Below are positions 10,609 to 19,307 of a stretch of 48,262 nt of DNA, in pieces (within the stretch, counting starts at the first letter, position 1; every line of letters starts with the position of its first letter). Under the pieces are notes generated by a model, which worked only from the letters and a program-made list of their open reading frames with translations, was not told the origin of the DNA and ran no database searches. The stretch lies in assembly GCA_016938055.1 (NCBI GenBank), contig JAFGVJ010000142.1, forward strand, positions 1 through 48,262, read 5' to 3'. Position numbers and translations under genes: made by a program. The stretch comes from Prolixibacteraceae bacterium (GTDB lineage Bacteria; Bacteroidota; Bacteroidia; Bacteroidales; Prolixibacteraceae).

Positions 10609-10635
10609 TCTTAACATAATAAGATTATATTGGAA
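10609..10635 (-). other. Putative XerC/XerD dif-like recombination site
   Basis: Minus strand reads TTCCAATATAA-TCTTA-TTATGTTAAGA. The right arm matches the E. coli XerD arm TTATGTTAAAT at 9/11 and the left arm ends in ATAA like XerC arms. Intergenic. The spacer is 5 bp instead of 6. Confidence 0.5.
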
Positions 10636-10904
10636 TTTTCATGAAAAAAATATTCATTTTTTTGCTTTTGTAAACTATTGCATTACAGTATTTTACAGAG
10701 GTCATGAAAAATATTTTCATTTTTTTTGAAAAATAAATGAAAATTGAGGGTAACCTTTTGGCCTTTTTCCGGATATATATATGTAGGCATTTTAAGAAAA
10801 GTTAATTCAGACCCTTTTTTTAACTACTTAAAATAACACCTTTCCAATTAAAAAGTCTTTGTTCTGAAGACATTTGACCCTTTTCACGTATCGCAATTGT
10901 GTAG

Positions 10905-10939
10905 AAAAAGGAGGCTTTACCCGGCCTCCTTACTTTTTT
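10905..10939. terminator. Intrinsic terminator downstream of argS, possibly bidirectional
   Basis: AAGGAGGC-TTTACCCG-GCCTCCTT stem with an A tract on the left and a T tract on the right. Confidence 0.8.
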
Positions 10940-12728
10940 ACATCCTTTCGGGACATTCAATACCCAATAACAACATTCCGTTTCGGATCACCCTGGCTAC
11001 TGTTTCTGATAGTACCAGACGTAAAGACTTTTTAGCCAGCTCACTTTCTTTGAGTATGGTGAATTCATGATAGAATTGGTTGTATTCCTTGACCAACTCG
11101 TAACAGTAGTTGGCGATCAAAGCAGGACTGTGGTTTTGGCCAGCTTCTTTCACCACATCGGGGAAATTGCTGATGCGCTTGATCAGTTCAAGCTCCTTGG
11201 GCTCAAGCTGCGCAGGCAAATTATTCGATTCCCAAAGTATACCAGCGTCTTTTGCCTTGCGTAAAACACTTTGGATGCGTGCATAAGTATATTGAATAAA
11301 AGGGCCTGTATTGCCGTTAAAATCGATCGATTCTTCAGGATTGAACAGCATGGTTTTTTTAGGATCAACTTTGAGGATAAAATACTTTAAGGCACCAAGG
11401 GCAATCATCCTGTAAATGTTTTCCTTTTCAGTTTCGTCATATTCATCGAGTTTACCCAGTTCTTCTGAAGTTTTCCTGGCAACATCGATCATTCCTTCGA
11501 TCAAATCATCGGCATCAACCACGGTACCTTCCCTCGATTTCATCTTTCCCTGGGGCAATTCAACCATTCCATAGGAAAAATGATAGAGGTCTTTACCCCA
11601 TTGAAAACCTAACTTGTCGAGAATGATGGAAAGTACCTTGAAGTGGTAGTTTTGTTCGTTTCCAACCACATACACCATATGATCGATGGGATAATCCTGA
11701 TAGCGTAACTTGGCAGTTCCGATATCCTGTGTCATATATACTGAGGTACCGTCAGAACGAAGCAGTATTTTTTCATCCAATCCTTCGTTGGTGAGATCAA
11801 CCCAAACAGAACCATCCTCACGACGGGTAAAGACACCTTCCTTCAAACCACGTAACACTTCATCACGACCAATGGTGTAAGTATCTGATTCGTAATATAT
11901 TTTATCAAAATTTACGCCCAGATTCCTGTAAGTAACATCGAACCCTTTGTAAACCCATGTATTCATTTTCTGCCACAAGGCACGGACTTCAGGATCATTG
12001 GCTTCCCATTGAAGCAGCATTTCGCGTGTTTTGATCATCGAAGGAGCGTTGGCTTCAGCGGCTTCTTTGGACATTCCTTTTGCTTCAAGCTCTGCAATTT
12101 CCTTTTTATATTGTTGATCAAATTTAACATAGTACTCTCCTACCAAATGGTCACCTTTTTTACCACTTGATTCAGGCGTTTCATTTTTGCCGGAATGTAA
12201 CCATGCTACCATCGACTTACAAATATGAATACCACGGTCGTTTACAATATTGGTTTTCACCACCTTGTTTCCGTTGGCTTTCAGAATTTCAGCAATGGAA
12301 AAGCCCAGCAGATTGTTTCGGATGTGCCCCAGGTGCAAAGGTTTGTTGGTATTTGGGGATGAATATTCGACCATGTACAGCGGAGCATTTGCTGCATCTG
12401 AAATACTTCCAAATTGCTGATTGTTAAATGCTTTAGTAAGGACATTGATCCAATACTGATCGGAAACAACGAGGTTCAAAAATCCCTTTACTACATTGAA
12501 TTTTAATATTTCGTTAACCTTCGCGATGAGATAATTGCCCAATTCTTCAGCCGTTTGTTCAGGACCCTTTTTGGATAGTTTGAGAAAGGGGAAAACAACC
12601 ACAGTCCAATCTCCTTCAAATTCCTTCCGGGTCATTTGTGTTTGCACCTGAGCAGCATCAATTTCGGCCTGATACAGTGTATTGACAGCTTTGGCAACTT
12701 CATTCCTGATGAGTACTTCAATGTTCAT
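10938..12728 (-). CDS. argS: Arginine--tRNA ligase
   Basis: EYSSPNTNKPLHLGH (HIGH) and KMKSREG (KMSKS) motifs; start set at ATG 12728 because a TATCTTTG -7 box lies at 12756-12763 (-). Confidence 0.97.
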   Translation of the reverse strand: MNIEVLIRNEVAKAVNTLYQAEIDAAQVQTQMTRKEFEGDWTVVVFPFLKLSKKGPEQTAEELGNYLIAKVNEILKFNVVKGFLNLVVSDQYWINVLTKAFNNQQFGSISDAANAPLYMVEYSSPNTNKPLHLGHIRNNLLGFSIAEILKANGNKVVKTNIVNDRGIHICKSMVAWLHSGKNETPESSGKKGDHLVGEYYVKFDQQYKKEIAELEAKGMSKEAAEANAPSMIKTREMLLQWEANDPEVRALWQKMNTWVYKGFDVTYRNLGVNFDKIYYESDTYTIGRDEVLRGLKEGVFTRREDGSVWVDLTNEGLDEKILLRSDGTSVYMTQDIGTAKLRYQDYPIDHMVYVVGNEQNYHFKVLSIILDKLGFQWGKDLYHFSYGMVELPQGKMKSREGTVVDADDLIEGMIDVARKTSEELGKLDEYDETEKENIYRMIALGALKYFILKVDPKKTMLFNPEESIDFNGNTGPFIQYTYARIQSVLRKAKDAGILWESNNLPAQLEPKELELIKRISNFPDVVKEAGQNHSPALIANYCYELVKEYNQFYHEFTILKESELAKKSLRLVLSETVARVIRNGMLLLGIECPERM

Positions 12729-12826
12729 TTTTACGGGATTTTTATAAATGCGGTGCAAAGATAATGAAAACTGAAAACAGATGGCTAAAACTAAAGGCAC
12801 CCTAAATTGGATTCATCCTTATGAAA

Positions 12827-14296
12827 TTAACGCATAAAGAAGAAGGTCTCGAATTGTACCTTGCGGGCTTTTTTGAATTTTTGGTCATCGTTGAGATTTT
12901 CTTCTTCAGGAGTTGTTTTAACTTCCTGTATCTCACCCAGGGCTTTTACCATGATCCGATTTTCAGGAACGCCCTTTCGCAGCAGGAACTTCTTCACCGC
13001 TTCCACCCTTCGGGCTGATAGAATTTCGTTGTATTCTTTTGATCCGCGAGGATCGGCAAAACCATACAACCGGATGTTCATCATGGGGTTCTCGAAGAGG
13101 TATTTCACCATTTTCTGAAGTTCTTCTTCAGCCGCAGGATCAAGTTCGTATTGGTCTGTTTCGAAATAAACTTCGGGGGTGGAATCCTTATCGCTTGATG
13201 GCCAGCCAACATCGGGGGGTTCAGGACAACCCATGTATTCCATGGGGCCATATTCTTCTGGACATTGATCGACATCATCGGTAAGACCGTCGCCATCGGA
13301 GTCGACCGGACAACCATATTCATCAACCACTACACCTGGGGGCGTATCGGGACAAAGATCTTTGGGATCGATTACACCATCGCCATCTGAATCGGGGCAA
13401 CCATTGTATTGAGGTAAGCCAGGCAATTCGGGACAATCATCAATTTTATCGATAAAACCGTCGCCATCGGTATCGGGACATCCGTTGTACTGAGGTAAAC
13501 CCGGGTCATCGGGGCAATCGTCTTCATAATCAGGTATGCCATCCAAATCACGATCCAAGGGACAGCCCTTTTCATCCACTTCAACACCGGGTGGAGTATC
13601 GGGGCATTCATCCGTCTTATCCGGGACTCCATCTTTATCCTGATCCTTATCGCGGCCCAACCTGATGATCAAACCCAGACGCAGACCTCCAAAATGATCG
13701 TTTTGAAGGTCAATGGCCGCACCATCCAATTCTTCGGTAGTGCTCAGCATCGTGTATGCTTCGCCAAATATTGACAGCAGAGTACCCAGTTGATATTTGA
13801 TCCCTGCATGTGGTGTAAAAGCAAGTTCATCGATAAAATGGGAAAAGTATTGCCCCTGTAATTCATAACTTGTACCGCTTGTTTTGCCAATCAGGTAATT
13901 GAAACCAAACCCTGCATAGGGTTTTAGTTTTGCATCCTGCTTGAGCAAATAGCCATTGTTAAATTGATACTGAAGCAAAAGACCCGGCGAAAAAATGTTG
14001 CCGCTGGAATAATATTCGTGTTGATCAATGGTTCCTGTCAAATTCAAACGAGCATATAATAGGCTTATTTCCAGATCGAAAGAAGGACTCAAATAATGAG
14101 AAAAGGCCAGACCTGCCCCATTGCTACCTTGATTGAAGTTTAAAAACTGACTACCCAGTTCACCCTGGTACCACAAAAGCGAATAGTGTGGTTTTATGGC
14201 CCATCTGAATTCATTGTCCTGAGCTGACAATGAATTTCCCAACAGACACCCCAACAAAACCCATACGATTAATAAACCGCCAGTTTTATGCACCAT
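12827..14296 (-). CDS. OmpA-family outer membrane protein (beta-barrel, thrombospondin type-3 repeats, OmpA C-terminal domain)
   Basis: Signal peptide, amphipathic beta strands, five DxDxDGxxDxxDxCP...GCP repeats and GFADPRGSKEYNEILSARR; a -7 box at 14323-14330 favours ATG 14296. Confidence 0.88.
   Translation of the reverse strand: MVHKTGGLLIVWVLLGCLLGNSLSAQDNEFRWAIKPHYSLLWYQGELGSQFLNFNQGSNGAGLAFSHYLSPSFDLEISLLYARLNLTGTIDQHEYYSSGNIFSPGLLLQYQFNNGYLLKQDAKLKPYAGFGFNYLIGKTSGTSYELQGQYFSHFIDELAFTPHAGIKYQLGTLLSIFGEAYTMLSTTEELDGAAIDLQNDHFGGLRLGLIIRLGRDKDQDKDGVPDKTDECPDTPPGVEVDEKGCPLDRDLDGIPDYEDDCPDDPGLPQYNGCPDTDGDGFIDKIDDCPELPGLPQYNGCPDSDGDGVIDPKDLCPDTPPGVVVDEYGCPVDSDGDGLTDDVDQCPEEYGPMEYMGCPEPPDVGWPSSDKDSTPEVYFETDQYELDPAAEEELQKMVKYLFENPMMNIRLYGFADPRGSKEYNEILSARRVEAVKKFLLRKGVPENRIMVKALGEIQEVKTTPEEENLNDDQKFKKARKVQFETFFFMR
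13223..13651 (-). repeat. Five coding tandem thrombospondin type-3 (Ca-binding) repeats
   Basis: Repeated DxDxDGxxDxxDxCP-x(n)-GCP units in the translation. Confidence 0.85.
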
Positions 14297-14398
14297 GTTT
14301 TTTTGCTTTTCAGCCACAGAAACAAATATAATACTTTAGTGGTAAACCACTCAACCTTCGTTGGAATTGGATCAATAATAATTCACTATTTTGGCAGC

Positions 14399-14923
14399 GT
14401 GTATGCAGTAATCGACATAGAAACAACGGGAGGTTCACTCCAAACCGGGAAAATTACCGAAATTGCCATCTATCTTTTTAACGGAGAAAGCATTACCGAC
14501 TCGTTTGTGAGCCTAATCAATCCTGAATGTAATATTCCGGCTTTCATCACCAATTTGACGGGCATTAGTAATGAAATGGTGGCCAATGCACCAAAATTTT
14601 ATGAAATAGCCCGAAAAATTGTAGAAATAACAGCCAACCAGATATTTGTTGCTCACAATGCTTCCTTCGACTACCAATTTATCCGAAAAGAATTCAAAGA
14701 CCTTGGTTTTGATTTCAAACGAAAGACATTGTGTACGGTACAAATGAGTCGCCGTTATTTGCCCAATCACCGCTCCTATTCATTGGGAAAACTCTGTGCC
14801 GATCTGGGTATAGAAATCAATGGCCGACACCGTGCAGCCGGCGATGCACTGGCAACAGTCAGCTTACTGAAACGCATTCTGGATCAGCACCAGGCCAGTA
14901 CCCGCAGTTTGTTCCAGGAATGA
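14399..14923 (+). CDS. DEDDh 3'-5' exonuclease (DnaQ-like), stand-alone
   Basis: DIETTG, VAHNASFDY and HRAAGDA motifs; start reassigned to GTG 14399 (MYAVIDIETTGG). Confidence 0.85.
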   Translation: MYAVIDIETTGGSLQTGKITEIAIYLFNGESITDSFVSLINPECNIPAFITNLTGISNEMVANAPKFYEIARKIVEITANQIFVAHNASFDYQFIRKEFKDLGFDFKRKTLCTVQMSRRYLPNHRSYSLGKLCADLGIEINGRHRAAGDALATVSLLKRILDQHQASTRSLFQE

Positions 14924-14958
14924 TGGTTAAACATCAGCTCACCTCTGCAACTTATTTG

Positions 14959-14992
14959 AAAAAAGGCTGCAACCTATTCGATTACAGCCTTT
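14959..14992 (-). terminator. Intrinsic terminator between the convergent exonuclease and DUF5606 genes
   Basis: AAAGGCTG...CAGCCTTT stem with a T tract on the minus strand. Confidence 0.65.
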
Positions 14993-15016
14993 AAAATCTT
15001 TTAAACCAGCCTGGTA

Positions 15017-15439
15017 TTATTGGTTATTTTCTTCAGGAGCTTTTTCATCATCTGCTTCCTCAAATTGGAGCATATCGTTTTCCTGTAAGATGTTGTACCA
15101 CTGCACCAACTTTTTGATATCTGAAATGTATACCCTGTCTTCATCGTAATCAGGTAAAACTGTTTTGAAATAGTTTCTCAATTCGTTGGACGATGCTTTA
15201 TGATCAATGGCAGGCTGATTGTTTTCTTTTTCGGCAATTTTCTTCAAAACTTCTTTTAGCGGAACTTCAGCAGTAACCGTAAAAATGGCAATATCTTCCA
15301 ACGAAATAATTTTGGTAGAAGAATGCGCGGGGAAACGTTTCCTGGTCAACAATGATTCAACAATCACACTATTGTTTCCTTTTGAAACCATTTTAAATAA
15401 ACCGGGTTGTCCCGTAATTGCTAAAATATCTTTCAACAT
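15017..15439 (-). CDS. DUF5606-domain conserved Bacteroidota protein
   Basis: ILAITGQPGLFK, SLEDIAIFT and LPDYDEDRVYISDIKK motifs; -7 box at 15465-15472 (-). Confidence 0.8.
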   Translation of the reverse strand: MLKDILAITGQPGLFKMVSKGNNSVIVESLLTRKRFPAHSSTKIISLEDIAIFTVTAEVPLKEVLKKIAEKENNQPAIDHKASSNELRNYFKTVLPDYDEDRVYISDIKKLVQWYNILQENDMLQFEEADDEKAPEENNQ

Positions 15440-15510
15440 AAGATTTGTACATTTAAAATTTGTCCAAATATAGAAAGAAACTCCAAAAAAATGCCGATTA
15501 TACAGGTTTT

Positions 15511-17553
15511 CTAACGGAATTCAAATTTCTTTGAAATCCCCATTTTGAGCCATCTGCCTGGTTGTACTACATTACCAATGTCAATATAGGACGCATCAAA
15601 AAGGTTATTTGCTGCCCCATAAATAGTCCAGCCGGCCTTTGACCAGTTTACTCTGAGATCAACCAATACAAAGGGTTCATAATCAACAAATCCAACAGAT
15701 TTTGATTGCTCGTATTTCTCATAATTCCCATTTCTGTCCTGTAAAGCAAGCTGCCAGGTGGCACTTATATATCGGGAGAGTTGATGCGTCAGGCCCAGAT
15801 CAAAGCGATGCTTCAGATAATTCAACGAATAATTGGATATCAAATCTGTCTCAATTTTTTGTTGTTGTAATTGTGTATAGGCAAGTTTCAGTTCTTTAAA
15901 AATATTTTGATCAGGAAAAGTTTCCTGCAGACTCAAGCGTCCGGATACTTCCAGACCCAGGGTATTCAACTGCGCATGATTTGTGGTTTTCCAAACCGAC
16001 TCGTCGGGAAACCGCACCCAGTCTATCAGGTCTGTTCCTTGAATATAAAAACCAGTCACTTTGGTTTTAAATAATGAGTTTTGCTGTTGAAAACCAACTT
16101 CATACCCTATCGATTGTTCTGGTTTAAGAGCAGAGTTTCCCTCATTAACAGGTCCCTTATAGTAAAGATCGGTGAAAGTAGGCATGCGCATGGTTTGATT
16201 GGCCGAAGCAAAAACAGCCATCTCCTCATTGATCTGATAGCTTAAATCTAAGCCGGGAAAGAAATACCATTTCTGTAAATCACTGTTTTTACTTAGGTTA
16301 AGCCCAATATTGATCATCATTTTACGAAAATACTGTTTGTGTCCTGCAAATACCGACAGGTTGCTTCGTTGATGAAAACGATTTAGCAGGATCGTATCGT
16401 TTACGGGGCTGTACCTGCCTTCATCGACAGGTTTGCCCAGGTTATTGCTGAAAATTCTTTCAGAACGAAAATCAATTCCCAGAGTTGTCAACCCAGTGAT
16501 GCCATGTTGGTATTCAGCTAAAATGTTGGCTCCCGAGACATCTGTCGTATGATAATTACTGTAAAGTTCAGGCTTGTCGCGAAACAACACAAAGTTATCG
16601 TTGCTCCTTTTATACAAAACCCGGGGTTCAACAGTCAGATTTTTTTGGTTCATTTTAAAACTGACTGAGAGCAACTGACTTTGCATTGCCTCATACTGAT
16701 TGGGATACAAAGGCGTATAAAAGCTATTGGCGCCAAAAGCCTTATCTTTGAATCCCCCCTGCAAACGCATTTCATGTTTTCCAATTTTACGGGTTCCCTG
16801 ATAAAAAAGTGAATGCTGTTGAAAATCAGTATTATTGATGTATCCATCGGATGACATTCGGTTGAATGACAACAGGTGGGTTCCCTTTTTTAAATGCAGG
16901 TCAGCACTGAGTTTTCCATCGATAAAAGCATGTTGTCCGGCTGAAAGATCTATTCGCAAAGCATGTTTTTCAGGAACACGTGTAATGATGTTGATGGCAC
17001 CGCTGAAAGCGCCCATTCCAAATTTCCAGGCACCTGGTCCTTTCAGTATCTCAATACGTTCAACAAGAGAAAGGTCAATGGGAAGATTTAGGTTATTGTG
17101 GCCGGTATGGGGGTCGGTAATGTTCACACCGTTGAGAAGAATTAAAACCTGATCGAAAGTTCCACCCCGAATAGAGATGTCGGCTTGAATGCCATTATTC
17201 CCTCGTTGCCTTACATCGATGTTGGAAGCAAATTCCAGCAAATCGGTGACAGAGCTTACTGCCGCCCGCTCAATGTCACTTCGGGTAATGGTGGCAATAA
17301 CCCTGCTAATCCCTGAATAAGTTTCGGGTTGTTGCTCAGCTGTGACATCAATGGCTTCGAGATCATAATTTTTCGTTACTTCAATCGTGTCGGTTGTAGC
17401 ACTTGCCTGCTTTTGACTGGCTGTCAACAAGTAAGCAACCATTAAACAAGCAATGACGATGGTTTTTTTCAAACTGTTGAAAACAGCATAGCCCTTGTTG
17501 TTCCACCGTCGGAAAACAAGCGGCCGGTTTTTGTTACATTCTTTTTGTTTCAT
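15511..17553 (-). CDS. TonB-dependent receptor (BtuB-like plug and barrel), substrate unknown
   Basis: Plug motifs ISIRGG and VERIEILKGPG...GAINIIT; C-terminal NNLFD...PGR; TACATTTG -7 box at 17587-17594 (-). Confidence 0.9.
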   Translation of the reverse strand: MKQKECNKNRPLVFRRWNNKGYAVFNSLKKTIVIACLMVAYLLTASQKQASATTDTIEVTKNYDLEAIDVTAEQQPETYSGISRVIATITRSDIERAAVSSVTDLLEFASNIDVRQRGNNGIQADISIRGGTFDQVLILLNGVNITDPHTGHNNLNLPIDLSLVERIEILKGPGAWKFGMGAFSGAINIITRVPEKHALRIDLSAGQHAFIDGKLSADLHLKKGTHLLSFNRMSSDGYINNTDFQQHSLFYQGTRKIGKHEMRLQGGFKDKAFGANSFYTPLYPNQYEAMQSQLLSVSFKMNQKNLTVEPRVLYKRSNDNFVLFRDKPELYSNYHTTDVSGANILAEYQHGITGLTTLGIDFRSERIFSNNLGKPVDEGRYSPVNDTILLNRFHQRSNLSVFAGHKQYFRKMMINIGLNLSKNSDLQKWYFFPGLDLSYQINEEMAVFASANQTMRMPTFTDLYYKGPVNEGNSALKPEQSIGYEVGFQQQNSLFKTKVTGFYIQGTDLIDWVRFPDESVWKTTNHAQLNTLGLEVSGRLSLQETFPDQNIFKELKLAYTQLQQQKIETDLISNYSLNYLKHRFDLGLTHQLSRYISATWQLALQDRNGNYEKYEQSKSVGFVDYEPFVLVDLRVNWSKAGWTIYGAANNLFDASYIDIGNVVQPGRWLKMGISKKFEFR

Positions 17554-17875
17554 TTTCGATCAGATTTTATGTGAATAAATGCCTTGCAAATGTATGGATG
17601 TTTCTTTCTTTTCAAAAAATGAGCTATAAAATTCAAAAAAAATGGATTTTTGAACATTTAAACATTCCTTCAATTTTCATGCTTGGTTTCATCACCACAT
17701 ACCTCCATTTGGTCAAAATAAATAACTGAAATTCAGCATAAGACCATAATACTATTTGACATGGATTGTTTTTTTAACTAACTTTTCTGTATTAATTTTA
17801 AATTAATGTGATGCTAAATTTTTGATTTGGACAAAAAAACGGCATTAAAAGACATTTTTATCCGAATTAGTTTTT

Positions 17876-17883
17876 TATCTTTG
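17876..17883 (+). promoter_or_regulatory. -7 element (TATCTTTG) for the ECF sigma gene
   Basis: Exact TAnnTTTG match 33 nt before the ATG. Confidence 0.6.
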
Positions 17884-17916
17884 AAGCATCGTTAGAAACC
17901 CAAAAACCTAATCGTT

Positions 17917-18423
17917 ATGTCTGAATTACATTTTAGCCACAAGTTACTGAGTTTAGAAGATAGTCTGAAATACTATGCTTTGAGTTTGACCTCTGATATG
18001 GACAGGGCCAATGATTTGCTTCAGGAAACGTTTTTGAAAGCTCTTACCTATCAAGATAAATTCACCGAGAATACTAATTTCAAAGCGTGGGTATATACCA
18101 TTATGAAGAATACTTTCATCAATGACTACCGTAAAGCTTCGAAATCGAGAAATAGTTTAAGTGGATCAAATAGTGAATTTCATCTGAAAGTTGCCAAAGA
18201 CAAAATCTATCCTGCACCTGATTCTTTTTATACCTCTAATGAAATTGAAAAAAGTATTTCGTCGCTCGATGACGAATACCGCATCCCTTTCCAAATGTTT
18301 TTAGATGGTTATAAGTACAAAGAAATTGCTGAAAAGTTAGGATTACCGCTGGGTACTGTAAAGAGTAGAATCTTTTTTACCCGTAAAAAATTAACTGCCA
18401 CTTTAAAAGAATTTGTAAAATAA
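17917..18423 (+). CDS. ECF-family RNA polymerase sigma factor
   Basis: Region 2 DLLQETFLKA...FKAWVYTIMKN and region 4 YKEIAEKLGLPLGTVKSRIF. Confidence 0.93.
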   Translation: MSELHFSHKLLSLEDSLKYYALSLTSDMDRANDLLQETFLKALTYQDKFTENTNFKAWVYTIMKNTFINDYRKASKSRNSLSGSNSEFHLKVAKDKIYPAPDSFYTSNEIEKSISSLDDEYRIPFQMFLDGYKYKEIAEKLGLPLGTVKSRIFFTRKKLTATLKEFVK

Positions 18424-18443
18424 TTGAATCAATTTATTCGTTT

Positions 18444-18475
18444 AAAGGTTACTGAGCAATTGGTAACCTTTTTTT
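18444..18475 (+). terminator. Intrinsic terminator after the ECF sigma gene
   Basis: AAAGGTTACTGA-GCAA-TTGGTAACCTTT stem with a GNRA loop and T tract. Confidence 0.85.
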
Positions 18476-18534
18476 GTTTGGAAACAAATCCTCAGTGTAC
18501 AATAAGTTTCATTATTTTTGTAAAAAAATAACCA

Positions 18535-19146
18535 ATGAATCGGTTACTTGCATTAGCATTACTTTTTATCACCTTCACTACGGTCTACGGTCAGGATCCA
18601 TTGAATATCGGGATAAAGTTTGGCACTAACCGTTCAACAATGATTACCGACATTGACGATGTATTGAATCAAAACATTCTTTACGAAGATGTAAACAATT
18701 ACCTGGTAGGCGCTTTTGCAAGAGCCAGCATTGGCAGATTATACGTGCAACCCGAAGTCTATTTCAACACCAAGGGTGGAAATATTCAACCCTATGGTAC
18801 AACAAATGATATTCAAACGAATACTTCGTTTAACTACCAAACCATTGATCTTCCTGTATTAGCCGGGATTAAACTCATCAACCGTTCACTGATTAATTTC
18901 AGAATTCATGGAGGACCTGTGTTTTCATACATTACGACCAGTTCACTGATTACAGAGATCAATAATTTTGATGCCAATGATTTGAAAGAGCGTTACATGG
19001 GGTGGCAAATTGGTGCCGGAATCGATTTTTGGTTTCTGACTGTTGATGCTCGCATTGAAAACAGTGCAAACATTCTGAACGATCAAAGCCAGTTTCAAGC
19101 CCGAAACCGTACTTACCTGATTTCAGCAGGCATTAAACTGTTCTGA
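18535..19146 (+). CDS. Outer-membrane beta-barrel (porin-family) protein
   Basis: Signal peptide, YVQPEVYF, IDLPVLAG, GWQIGAGIDF and C-terminal GIKLF. Confidence 0.8.
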   Translation: MNRLLALALLFITFTTVYGQDPLNIGIKFGTNRSTMITDIDDVLNQNILYEDVNNYLVGAFARASIGRLYVQPEVYFNTKGGNIQPYGTTNDIQTNTSFNYQTIDLPVLAGIKLINRSLINFRIHGGPVFSYITTSSLITEINNFDANDLKERYMGWQIGAGIDFWFLTVDARIENSANILNDQSQFQARNRTYLISAGIKLF

Positions 19147-19307
19147 GCTGATATCCTTGAAACAAAGCATCCATGCTGAATTTCATCATCATCTGAACTT
19201 TGTTAACTAATTGTTGTTTCAACTTCGAATTTCAAGCAGTATGACGAATGCTATGCAGGAATCAATTGAAATCGTCTACTTTTGCGCGTCTTAATTTAAT
19301 ATAGAAA

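Noticed and set aside
10820-10873. 17-codon minus-strand ORF MSSEQRLFNWKGVILSS
   Set aside because: Very short, lies just past the argS terminator, and has no promoter or other support
10508-10937. SRP 4.5S RNA, T-box or ARG box near ffh/argS
   Set aside because: No SRP helix-8 motif is visible; the region is downstream of argS; the palindromes are TGAA-N7-TTCA, whereas ARG boxes have N6 spacing
13223-13651. Periodic DNA repeats considered as a possible CRISPR array
   Set aside because: They are degenerate, in frame and explained by TSP3 protein repeats; no cas genes are present
17554-17916. Cobalamin or other riboswitch upstream of the BtuB-like receptor
   Set aside because: The -7 box is only about 35 nt from the ATG, and the region is AT-rich with no B12-box or other aptamer motif
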